Positions 10,337 to 18,952 of a stretch of 64,000 nt of DNA are shown piece by piece. Location: NCBI RefSeq assembly GCF_020055675.1, contig NZ_JAIPUS010000011.1, positions 774 to 64,773 on the forward strand, given 5' to 3'. Made by a program: the position numbers and the translations under genes. This stretch comes from Marivita sp. Its GTDB lineage: Bacteria > Pseudomonadota > Alphaproteobacteria > Rhodobacterales > Rhodobacteraceae. The notes under the pieces are model-generated. The model ran no database searches, was not told where the DNA came from, and saw only the letters and a list, made by a program, of their open reading frames with translations. Each line of letters starts with the position of its first letter. Within the stretch, counting starts at the first letter, position 1.

Positions 10337-10412
10337 ATTGATCTTGAACTCACTAACTCGCAGGTCGACATGGATTTGTTGCCTGTTTGTGTCGAAGATG
10401 GGTTGCTTCTTG

Positions 10413-10437
10413 AACGTGTCGGGACACGCATGGTTCC
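10413..10437 (-). promoter_or_regulatory. EcfG-type promoter directed at the histidine kinase
   Basis: Minus strand GGAAC-N16-CGTT, exact consensus. Confidence 0.72.
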
Positions 10438-10844
10438 CTGTGGACAGTCCAGAACGAATGCCAGGCGCCCTTTCGGACCTGCACTATGCTCAAATGACAG
10501 GGCGCGCCACACCATGCTGGCTCCAACCGGGGTGTCGATTTGACAAGTTGCGTATCGTGCGCCGAAATTCCGGCCACACCGGCATGTCCGATACAGAACA
10601 TGGCCGTGCGTGGTCTGTCAAAAGAATCGGACCCGACAAGAGTCCAGATCGAACGGAGATCGGACTTGTTGCACGTCAGACCCTCCGTAGCGCATACCCT
10701 GGATCGGCCTCGGCTCCGCGAAAGGCCGTCCTGTCCGGAGCCCAGTTGGATTATCGAAGAAACGCTTTGCTTGAAGAACCTGCGCCGATCCGCAACGATG
10801 CAATCAGGTGTTTCCGGCAGCGAGACACGAAGCGGAGGTGGACT

Positions 10845-11111
10845 ATGCTCGCACTTGGACGGCTGTTGATCATCGGGTTCCTTGTCCTGAGCGTGGTCTA
10901 TATCTGCCTGTCGCTCTATTCCCGCGCGGTGCGGCGTGACAAGCTGGAGCGCGAATGGGACGAAGAGATACAGCAAGGGGATCGCGCCGCCTTTGTCGAG
11001 GCGGGCCTGAGCGCATATGATGGCTCCCTTCGCCGCAAGCTGATTCTGGGGGTGTATATCGTGCCGCTGACAGTTATCTCTGCCATCATCTATTTTACGA
11101 ATTTCCACTAG
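10845..11111 (+). CDS. 88-aa two-TM membrane protein, unknown function
   Basis: GGAGG RBS; MLALGRLLIIGFLVLSVVYICLSLYSR...RRKLILGVYIVPL. Confidence 0.75.
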   Translation: MLALGRLLIIGFLVLSVVYICLSLYSRAVRRDKLEREWDEEIQQGDRAAFVEAGLSAYDGSLRRKLILGVYIVPLTVISAIIYFTNFH

Positions 11112-11122
11112 GAGACGACGCC

Positions 11123-11767
11123 GTGGGGTATATCAAGTGGACCGTTATCCTGACCTTCTGGGTCCTGTTTGCGTCGTTTCTGCATTACACGCTGCCGCAG
11201 CACGACGTGGCCCGGATTACCGACACCGAAGTGCGGCGCGTTGATCCGGGCGAGAACAGTTTGTTTTGGGCCCAGGCTGATGTCGGCAATGACGGGAGCG
11301 TGTCGAATCGCGATGTCTTCTTCATCTCGGCGGTGCGCGACAGCGGTGGTGTCATGGTCTACCGCAACGAGGATACGGGTTGGGGTTGGCCTCCGTATTT
11401 CAAGTTCGACACCTCCAACCTTCAGGCCGAGGCCGCCGATCTGCGCAGCACGTCGGCAAATCCGCAATGGGTGGTGATCAAGCATTACGGCTGGCGCAAC
11501 GAATTCCTGACGATCTATCCGAATGCCATCAGCGTGCGCCCGGTGGATACGCCGGATGTGCAGATCATCCCGTGGATCAACATCATCATCCTGACGCTTC
11601 TCGCGGCGACGTTCTGGGCGATCTGGGTCCGTTGGCGGCGGTTTCGTCGAGCGCGGATCGATCCGGTGATCGAGGATGTCGGCGACGGATTCGAAGCGGT
11701 GGGGGACGATTTCGCTCGCCGGCGCAGCGGCATACGGCGCTGGTTCGACCGCTGGCGCTCCAGCTAA
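11123..11767 (+). CDS. DUF1523-like membrane protein
   Basis: LHYTLPQHDV.RI..TEVRR, VYRNEDTGWGWPPYFKFD..NLQA, YGWR recalled as DUF1523; GGAG RBS, GTG start. Confidence 0.65.
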   Translation: MGYIKWTVILTFWVLFASFLHYTLPQHDVARITDTEVRRVDPGENSLFWAQADVGNDGSVSNRDVFFISAVRDSGGVMVYRNEDTGWGWPPYFKFDTSNLQAEAADLRSTSANPQWVVIKHYGWRNEFLTIYPNAISVRPVDTPDVQIIPWINIIILTLLAATFWAIWVRWRRFRRARIDPVIEDVGDGFEAVGDDFARRRSGIRRWFDRWRSS

Positions 11768-11953
11768 GATACCACGCTTGCCAAACCGGAGCTGATCCGC
11801 CACCGTCATGCGACCGCATGCACGAAGGGGTCATGGCCGGTGCGCATCCCGAACAGGCAGGTGTGCGCCGCGCCCCCGATCCAGTCAAGAGACCGGCAAG
11901 GCGCGGCTATACATCGGCCCGGTGGTCGTCAAACCCCGGCACGACGGGGATAC

Positions 11954-12826
11954 TCAGCGCATTCCGTAGTACAGGCCGACCACGTGTTCCGCCTCGGCAA
12001 AGAAAAGCCAGCGCGACACCAGGACCCCGGCGACATGACTGAGAAGCGCCAACACAGCCCCGACGTGCGAGAAGGGCAAGAGAAGCAGAACCACAGGCAG
12101 AAGCAACATCAGGAACAGCGAAATCAGGCGCAGTTTGCGCGCGTGCCGGCGGGCCACGGTATACACCATTTCATTGAGAAGGTAGTTCGTCCCGGTATGC
12201 GGCGGCTCGAAAGCGCGCACCTCGCCGATCGTGCCAAGGCCGGTCGCGGACTTCATGTCCGTCCCGCTCTTGGCAAAACGCTTGTCGCCGATTTGCCACC
12301 AGACAAGCTGAATCAGCCCCGCGATCAGCAGCAGGACAAGCCCGATGGCAACCCGCCCGGACAAGAGCGCACCACCCGCCACTGACAGGGCCAGGAACAG
12401 GATGCTGGTCAGCACCGTGTTCCACCGCGGCACCGTCTTGAGCTGGGCATAGATCATCGAGGTGGTATAGACCGTCATGAGGCAGAAGAAGGCGCCAATC
12501 GCGCCAAGCAATCTGATCTGCGTGTCGAAGAACACCAGAAAGAGCCCGTAAACACCCATTGTCACAAGGGCGGCTACGGCGCACCATGCCTCGCGGCTGA
12601 GCCAGCTTGTCTGCCATTGGGTGAATGCCTTGAGCGCGCGTTCCGGGCGGCCAAGATGGAAGGTCGACGCCACCAGCCCCCCCACTGCCAGCAGATAGCC
12701 AATGGCGAAAAACGCGAAGGCGACCCAGCCGGTCGGTGCGGAAGAGGCGACGCCGAGCCAGAACAACAGCCCAAGCCCAAGGCCCGAGAACGTGCTGAAG
12801 GCGATAATAGAGGGAGCTGGATGCAT
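11954..12826 (-). CDS. soeC: DmsC-family membrane anchor of sulfite:quinone dehydrogenase
   Basis: MHPAPSIIAFST, STFHLGRPERALKAFTQWQTSWLSRE, RWLFFAEAEHVV; last gene of xsc-linked Mo-enzyme operon. Confidence 0.8.
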   Translation of the reverse strand: MHPAPSIIAFSTFSGLGLGLLFWLGVASSAPTGWVAFAFFAIGYLLAVGGLVASTFHLGRPERALKAFTQWQTSWLSREAWCAVAALVTMGVYGLFLVFFDTQIRLLGAIGAFFCLMTVYTTSMIYAQLKTVPRWNTVLTSILFLALSVAGGALLSGRVAIGLVLLLIAGLIQLVWWQIGDKRFAKSGTDMKSATGLGTIGEVRAFEPPHTGTNYLLNEMVYTVARRHARKLRLISLFLMLLLPVVLLLLPFSHVGAVLALLSHVAGVLVSRWLFFAEAEHVVGLYYGMR

Positions 12827-13575
12827 CAGATCTTCTCCAGCGTCTTGTCCAGCCAGCCAAGAAAGCCCTTCGGCTCTTCCGCGACAGGCGCGAGCAAGGG
12901 GGCAAGCATGTCAACCTCCTCGTTCAACTGGTCCTTTGGACGGGGCGGCAGGTATTTGTTGACAGGCTTGGTTCCCTGCTCAGGCATCAGGTCCATGCCG
13001 CCGCGTTCGGCGACCAGTTGGCTGACCGCGCTGTCGGGGTCCCCCAGATCGCCGAAATGGCGCGCATTGGACGGACAGGTGCGCACGCAGGCTGGCTCGC
13101 GATCTTCCTCGGGCAGATTCTCGTTATAGATCCGATCCACGCAAAGAGTGCATTTTTTCATCACCCCTTCGGCCTTGTCCATTTCCCGCGCGCCATAGGG
13201 GCACGCCCAGGCACACAACCCGCAGCCAATGCAGTCTGTTTCGTTGACCAGAACGATCCCGTCCTCTGTGCGCTTGTAGCTGGCACCCGTCGGGCAAACG
13301 GTCACGCAAGGCGCATCTTCGCAATGCAGGCAGGACTTTGGAAAATGGATCAGTTGCGCCGGGCCCTCCTCGGGTTGCACCTCGTAGGAATGAATGCGGT
13401 TCAGGAAGGTGCCGGACGGATCGCCGCCATAGGGGTCTTGATCGGACAGGGGCGCGCCGTAATTTTCGGAATTCCAGCCTTTGCAGGAAATCACGCAGGC
13501 ATGGCATCCGACGCAGGTATCAAGGTCGATGACCAAACCCAATTTGCGTTCTGTCTTTTCCGGTAGCTGCGTCAT
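12826..13575 (-). CDS. soeB: 4Fe-4S subunit of sulfite dehydrogenase
   Basis: CVGCHAC, CLHCEDAPCVTVCP, CIGCGLCAWACPYG, CTLC...C; ATG 13575. Confidence 0.85.
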   Translation of the reverse strand: MTQLPEKTERKLGLVIDLDTCVGCHACVISCKGWNSENYGAPLSDQDPYGGDPSGTFLNRIHSYEVQPEEGPAQLIHFPKSCLHCEDAPCVTVCPTGASYKRTEDGIVLVNETDCIGCGLCAWACPYGAREMDKAEGVMKKCTLCVDRIYNENLPEEDREPACVRTCPSNARHFGDLGDPDSAVSQLVAERGGMDLMPEQGTKPVNKYLPPRPKDQLNEEVDMLAPLLAPVAEEPKGFLGWLDKTLEKI

Positions 13576-13733
13576 GCGACCTCCATCGTCTGTACCGCCT
13601 CGGGGGGTGTCTGCTTCACGATCGGCTCCTCCGCATCTCTGTCCCATGTCGCCACGAACCAGATGAAGGATACGGCCATGCCGCCAAGAACCAGACCGAT
13701 CGCCAGAAGCGTCACCATCGTCGCGCGGTTCAT
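13572..13733 (-). CDS. 53-aa single-pass membrane protein inside the soe operon (not in ORF track)
   Basis: MNRATMVTLLAIGLVLGGMAVSFIWFVATWDRDAEEPIVKQTPPEAVQTMEVA; ATGA overlaps with soeA stop and soeB start. Confidence 0.72.
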   Translation of the reverse strand: MNRATMVTLLAIGLVLGGMAVSFIWFVATWDRDAEEPIVKQTPPEAVQTMEVA

Positions 13734-16558
13734 GTTCCCACCTTCCAGCGCAATTCGTCCGGACCTTGACCCACGGGCGATGTGATATCGTCGTGCACCG
13801 GGTGGGCTTCGTCCGGGGCGGGCACTTTCTCAATTTTCACGCGCAGGTCGAACCATGCCGCCTGCCCGGTCACCGGATCGGAATTCGACCAGCGCAGACC
13901 ATCGCCCTTAGGTGGCAGCAATTCGTGAATCAGGTGGTTCAGCAGAAAGCCCTTGGTCGCTTCCGGCGCAGTCTTGTCGAGCGCCCATGCCCCCTTGCGC
14001 TTTCCAATCGCGTTCCATGTCCAGATCGTGTTCTCGTTCAGCGCGGCCATATGCGCCACCGGGACGGTGATCTTGCCATGCGCCGAGGTGACCAAGGCCC
14101 AGTCGCCGTCCTTGAAGCCATGCTGCTCCCAGAGCTTGGTCGGCAGGTACATCGGGTTGCGCCCATGGATTTGCCGCAGCCACGCGTTCTGCGAGCCCCA
14201 AGAGTGATACATCGCCATCGGCCGTTGCGTCAGAGCGTGGACCGTGAATTCCTCGGGATCGACATGGCCATCCTCAAGCGGCGGGTACCAGATCGGAAGG
14301 GGATCGAGCGTCGCCTTCAATCGCGCGCGCAGATGCTCTGGCGGTTGGCGCTCACCATGCCCTTCGGCGGCAATCTGAAACTTGCGCATCGGCTCGACAT
14401 AAAGCTGGAAAAGGAATGGCGCCGGCGCGTCATAGAGACCGATCTCGACCGCCCAGTCCTGATACGCTGTGTTCCACGGTTTGTAATACAGCCCTTCGTC
14501 CGGGACATGCGACGACCAGAAGCCGCCATTCGCGATGTAGCTGTCAAGCTGCGCTTCGTTCACGTCGCCGCGTCCGCCGGTCAGCCCATCCTCGCCCATA
14601 CGCCAACCCGCCAACGGACCGATGCCCGGCCGGCGCTGGTGGTGGGTCATGTAGTCTGCATAATCCGCGTATTTCTGGCTGCCATCCTCGGTCACGAACC
14701 CCGGCAGATCGAGCTGCGCACCCAGGTCGCACAACACCGACTGGAAGCCCCGCACATCGCGATCTGGTTCCACCACCGGCCAGCGGATCGCATCCGCCGC
14801 CGCGTCCGCCTCGCAGATCGGACGGTCGAGCAATGAAATGCAATCGTGACGTTCCAGATAGGTCGTATCTGGCAGGATCAGGTCGGCATAGGCCACCATT
14901 TCCGAGGAATAGGCATCCGAATAGATGATCCGCGGGATCACGTATTCGCCGTTCTCGTCGGTGTCGGTCAGCATGTTCATCACGCCACCCGTGTTCATCG
15001 ACGAGTTCCAAGACATGTTGGCCATGTACATGAACAGCGTATCGATCTTGTAAGGATCGCCGGCATGCGCGTTCGAGATGACCATGTGCATCATTCCGTG
15101 TGCGCTCATCGGGTTGTCCCAGGTGAACGCCTTGTCGATGCGTGCAGGCGTGCCATCCTCCTTGAGGCACAGGTCTTCCGGGCCCTGTACAAAGCCCAGA
15201 TGCGGCCCGTCCAGTGGCTGGCCAGGGGTCACCTTGCAATGCGGCTTTGGATGCGCGGTCGCGGGTTTTGGATAGGGCGGTTTGAAACGGAAACCGCCGG
15301 GCGTCTCGACAGAGCCCAGGAGGATTTGCAACACATGCAGCGCGCGGCAGGTCTGGAAGCCGTTGGAATGGGCGCTGATCCCGCGCATCGCATGGAAGCT
15401 GACGGGGCGGCCGATCATCTTGTCGTGTTTTTCACCGCGGAAATCGGTCCAGGGCTGGTCTATCTCGATCGCTTCGTCAAAGGCCACTCGCGCGATCTCG
15501 ACGGCGATGCGCTTGATCTTGGCAGCAGGCACGCCGCAGGTCTCGGCCACGTTTTCGGGGGCGTACTCCGGGTCGAGATAGCGTTCGGCCATGAGGTGCA
15601 TCACCGGCTTGTGGGTGATCCCGGCATGGCGATAGCTGGCGGAAAGGTCTGGCTTGGTTCCCGGCTGATCGAACGGTGTCAACTTGCCCGTCACGCGGTC
15701 CATGACCAAAGGCTTGCCGTTATCATCCTTGAGGAACAACCCATGTTCGGGTGATTTCGGGTCGCCGTTCACCAGCACGGGCGCGTTGGTATAACGGGCG
15801 AGGTAATCAAGGTCGATCTTGCCGGCCTTCAGCAGTTCGTGAACCAGCGCGAGAATGAACAACCCATCGGTTCCGGGCGTGATGCCGACCCAATCGTCGG
15901 CGATCGCGTTGTAGCCGGTGCGGATCGGGTTCACCCCGATCACCTTGGCCCCGCGCTCCTTGATCTTGCCAAGGCCCATCTTGATGGGATTGCTGTCGTG
16001 ATCCTCTGCCACGCCGAACAGCATGAACAGCTTGGTGTGATCCCAGTCGGGCTGGCCGAATTCCCAGAAGGCACCGCCCATCGTGTAGATACCGGCAGCC
16101 GCCATGTTGACGGAACAAAAGCCCCCGTGCGCGGCATAGTTCGGCGTGCCGAAATTCTGCGCCCAGAAAGAGGTAAAACTTTGGGACTGGTCACGCCCTG
16201 TGAAGAACGCGAGCTTCTCGGGCGCTTCGTCACGCAGAGGTTTCAACCACCCTGTCGCGATCTCCAGCGCCTCGTCCCAGGAAATTTCCTCGAATTCACC
16301 CGACCCGCGCGGGCCGACCCGCTTGAGCGGTGCGCGCAGACGGGATGGCGCGTTGTGCTGCATGATCCCGGCGCTGCCCTTGGCGCACAGAACACCCTTG
16401 TTCACCGGGTGATCGCGGTTGCCCTCGATATAGGCGACCTTGCCATCCTTTATGTGCACGTCGATCCCGCAACGACAGGCGCACATGTAGCAAGTGGTCT
16501 TGCGCACCTCGTCCGACACCTTGGGCGACAGATTCAGGTCTGGTTGGACATGACCCAT
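13730..16558 (-). CDS. soeA: Molybdopterin oxidoreductase, SoeA-type sulfite dehydrogenase catalytic subunit
   Basis: TTCYMCACRCGI...LCAKG Fe-S motif, Mo-bisPGD motifs, no Tat signal; downstream of xsc as in Ruegeria pomeroyi soeABC; GGAGG RBS. Confidence 0.82.
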   Translation of the reverse strand: MGHVQPDLNLSPKVSDEVRKTTCYMCACRCGIDVHIKDGKVAYIEGNRDHPVNKGVLCAKGSAGIMQHNAPSRLRAPLKRVGPRGSGEFEEISWDEALEIATGWLKPLRDEAPEKLAFFTGRDQSQSFTSFWAQNFGTPNYAAHGGFCSVNMAAAGIYTMGGAFWEFGQPDWDHTKLFMLFGVAEDHDSNPIKMGLGKIKERGAKVIGVNPIRTGYNAIADDWVGITPGTDGLFILALVHELLKAGKIDLDYLARYTNAPVLVNGDPKSPEHGLFLKDDNGKPLVMDRVTGKLTPFDQPGTKPDLSASYRHAGITHKPVMHLMAERYLDPEYAPENVAETCGVPAAKIKRIAVEIARVAFDEAIEIDQPWTDFRGEKHDKMIGRPVSFHAMRGISAHSNGFQTCRALHVLQILLGSVETPGGFRFKPPYPKPATAHPKPHCKVTPGQPLDGPHLGFVQGPEDLCLKEDGTPARIDKAFTWDNPMSAHGMMHMVISNAHAGDPYKIDTLFMYMANMSWNSSMNTGGVMNMLTDTDENGEYVIPRIIYSDAYSSEMVAYADLILPDTTYLERHDCISLLDRPICEADAAADAIRWPVVEPDRDVRGFQSVLCDLGAQLDLPGFVTEDGSQKYADYADYMTHHQRRPGIGPLAGWRMGEDGLTGGRGDVNEAQLDSYIANGGFWSSHVPDEGLYYKPWNTAYQDWAVEIGLYDAPAPFLFQLYVEPMRKFQIAAEGHGERQPPEHLRARLKATLDPLPIWYPPLEDGHVDPEEFTVHALTQRPMAMYHSWGSQNAWLRQIHGRNPMYLPTKLWEQHGFKDGDWALVTSAHGKITVPVAHMAALNENTIWTWNAIGKRKGAWALDKTAPEATKGFLLNHLIHELLPPKGDGLRWSNSDPVTGQAAWFDLRVKIEKVPAPDEAHPVHDDITSPVGQGPDELRWKVGT

Positions 16559-16864
16559 GTGATTCCTCCCTCTCGCGATAGGATGGCCCCCTATCCGGTC
16601 TGGCGACAGTGTTCCCGTTTCCATCTCAATCGTAAAGGTGCAAACCGCAAGCGTTTTTCAGCAGGCTCCCCTGCCTGGTTGCGGCAGAGATCCGAACGGG
16701 CAGTCCAGATACGGCCCGCAAAAACGCGATGTCGGCCATTGCAAAAGCCGGTCTTTGCGAAACACGCCTTCCACTTGGATCACCACATCGCCGCCAAGGA
16801 TCCGATCGCGGACAATCCCGCGTCAATGACCAAGGTCAGCCCATCAGGTGTTTGGCCCCTCATG

Positions 16865-18643
16865 TCAGGCAACAGTCTGCGGACGCATGTCCGCCGGATC
16901 GATTCCCGCAACAGCAACCGGCGCCTTCATGGCGTCGCGGCGGAACGGCTCACCCAGTTCCTGATTGATCATCGCTTCGATCAGCGTGGTGGTGCCGTTC
17001 TGCATCTGATCCGTGATCGCGGTATTCAACGCGTCTGTCAGGTCGGCCATCGTCCGGACCTGAATGCCCTTGAGGCCGCAAGCCGTTGCGACGCCCGCGT
17101 AGCTGACACCTTCGTCGAGTTCCGTGCCGACGAAATTGTCGTCATACCACAACGTCGAGTTACGCTTTTCGGCGCCCCATTGGTAGTTGCGGAAGACGAT
17201 CATGGTGATCGCCGGCCATTCCGGGCGACCTATGGCGGTAAGTTCAGGCACGGCGATACCGAAGGCCCCGTCGCCCGCGAAACCGACAACTGGCACATCA
17301 GGGCAACCAATCTTCGCCCCGACGATGGACGGCAGCCCATAGCCACAGGGACCGAACAGGCCGGGCGCAAGGTATTTGCGCCCCTCCTCGAAGGACGGAT
17401 AGGCGTTGCCGATGGCGCAGTTGTTCCCGATATCGGACGAGATGATCGCCTCTCTCGGCAATGCAGACTGGATCGCGCGCCAGGCCATGCGGGGACTCAT
17501 CCAGGCCGGTTTTGCCGCGCGGGCGCGTTCGTTCCAGGTGGTGCCGGGATCGTCGTCTTCGTGATCCATGCTGGACAGTTGCTGCGCCCAGGTGGATTTC
17601 GTTTTCGCGATGGTGGCTTGCCGGTCGTCACGGCCCTCGTCGCCTGCCGTATCCGACAGGCGCGCCAGAATGCCCTCGGCCACCTTTTTCGCATCGCCGA
17701 CAATGCCGACGCTGATGGTCTTGGTCAGGCCGATGCGATCGGGATTAATGTCGACCTGAATGATTTTCGCGTCCTTTGGCCAGTAGTCGATCCCGTAACC
17801 CGGCAAGGTCGAGAACGGGTTGAGCCGCGTCCCGAGACACAGCACCACGTCCGCCTTGGAAATCAGCTCCATCCCCGCCTTCGAGCCGTTATACCCCAAC
17901 GGCCCTGCAAACAGCGGATGTGAGCCGGGAAAGGCGTCGTTGTGCTGATAGCCAACACAGACGGGTGCCGTCAGTCGTTCGGCAAGCTCTATCGAGGCCG
18001 GGATCGCCCCGGCAAGGACGACACCCGCGCCGTTGAGGATGACCGGGTTGCTGGCGTTCGACAGCAGGTCCGCCGCCTGTTGGATCGCGCCATCGCCGCC
18101 CGATGGACGTTCGAATTCCACCACTTCGGGCAGCTCGATGTCGATCACCTGGGTCCAGAAGTCGCGCGGCATGTTGATCTGCGCCGGCGCCGAGGCACGC
18201 TTGGCATTCAGGATCACGCGGTTGAGAACTTCGGCCACGCGGGAAGGATCGCGGACTTCTTCCTGATAAGCGACCATGTCTTCGAACAGTTTCATCTGCT
18301 CGACTTCCTGGAAGCCACCCATCCCGATTGTCTTGTTGGCCGCCTGCGGCGTCACCAACAGCAACGGGGTATGGTTCCAGTAAGCGGTTTTCACAGCCGT
18401 GACGAAATTGGTGATACCGGGGCCGTTCTGGGCGATCATCATCGACATCTTTCCCGATGCGCGGGTGTATCCATCCGCGATCATCCCGCCGGAGCCTTCA
18501 TGCGCACAATCCCAGAAGGTGATCCCCGCCTTGGGAAAGATGTCCGAGATCGGCATGAAAGCCGATCCGATGATCCCGAACGCATGTTCGATACCGTGCA
18601 TCTGGAGGACTTTGACAAAGGCTTCTTCGGTGGTCATTTTCAT
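16865..18643 (-). CDS. xsc: Sulfoacetaldehyde acetyltransferase (ThDP)
   Basis: MKMTTEEAFVKVLQMHGIEHAFGIIGSAFM, AGDGAFG...FRNYQWGAEKRN, NQELGEPFRRDAM. Confidence 0.95.
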   Translation of the reverse strand: MKMTTEEAFVKVLQMHGIEHAFGIIGSAFMPISDIFPKAGITFWDCAHEGSGGMIADGYTRASGKMSMMIAQNGPGITNFVTAVKTAYWNHTPLLLVTPQAANKTIGMGGFQEVEQMKLFEDMVAYQEEVRDPSRVAEVLNRVILNAKRASAPAQINMPRDFWTQVIDIELPEVVEFERPSGGDGAIQQAADLLSNASNPVILNGAGVVLAGAIPASIELAERLTAPVCVGYQHNDAFPGSHPLFAGPLGYNGSKAGMELISKADVVLCLGTRLNPFSTLPGYGIDYWPKDAKIIQVDINPDRIGLTKTISVGIVGDAKKVAEGILARLSDTAGDEGRDDRQATIAKTKSTWAQQLSSMDHEDDDPGTTWNERARAAKPAWMSPRMAWRAIQSALPREAIISSDIGNNCAIGNAYPSFEEGRKYLAPGLFGPCGYGLPSIVGAKIGCPDVPVVGFAGDGAFGIAVPELTAIGRPEWPAITMIVFRNYQWGAEKRNSTLWYDDNFVGTELDEGVSYAGVATACGLKGIQVRTMADLTDALNTAITDQMQNGTTTLIEAMINQELGEPFRRDAMKAPVAVAGIDPADMRPQTVA

Positions 18644-18952
18644 TGCGGCTCTCCCAACGATGCACGCCGACCATGCGGCCAGCACAATTCGCCACGATCC
18701 TAGCCGCCGCCACGGACACCAACTAGGACCAGTTTGGAAGGCCACCTATAGCCAAAATCGCGGGCTGACTCGCTGCAGTCTTCTTGTATTGCCCTGACCG
18801 GGATCACGTATTTGCTGCATTCCAGAGCCATTTATGCCGGATTTCAACTGCAGTATGTTGTAAGGCAGGGTTTGAGATATCCCGCTTGACGAGACGACGA
18901 GCCGGCCTCACGCACGTTAAACGCCCGGACAAGGGAACAAACAGGATCCTGA

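Noticed and set aside
10083-10844. 342-aa ORF extension upstream of MLALGR
   Set aside because: Overlaps the kinase gene and its promoter, low-complexity composition, and a clear RBS sits at 10845
16626-16826. 66-aa ORF between xsc and soeA
   Set aside because: No RBS and no resemblance to Pta or any family I recognise
18721-18734. AACTAGGACCAGTT as a TauR site upstream of xsc
   Set aside because: Only a partial match to the recalled CTGGAC-type direct repeat, a single copy, and no tauR nearby
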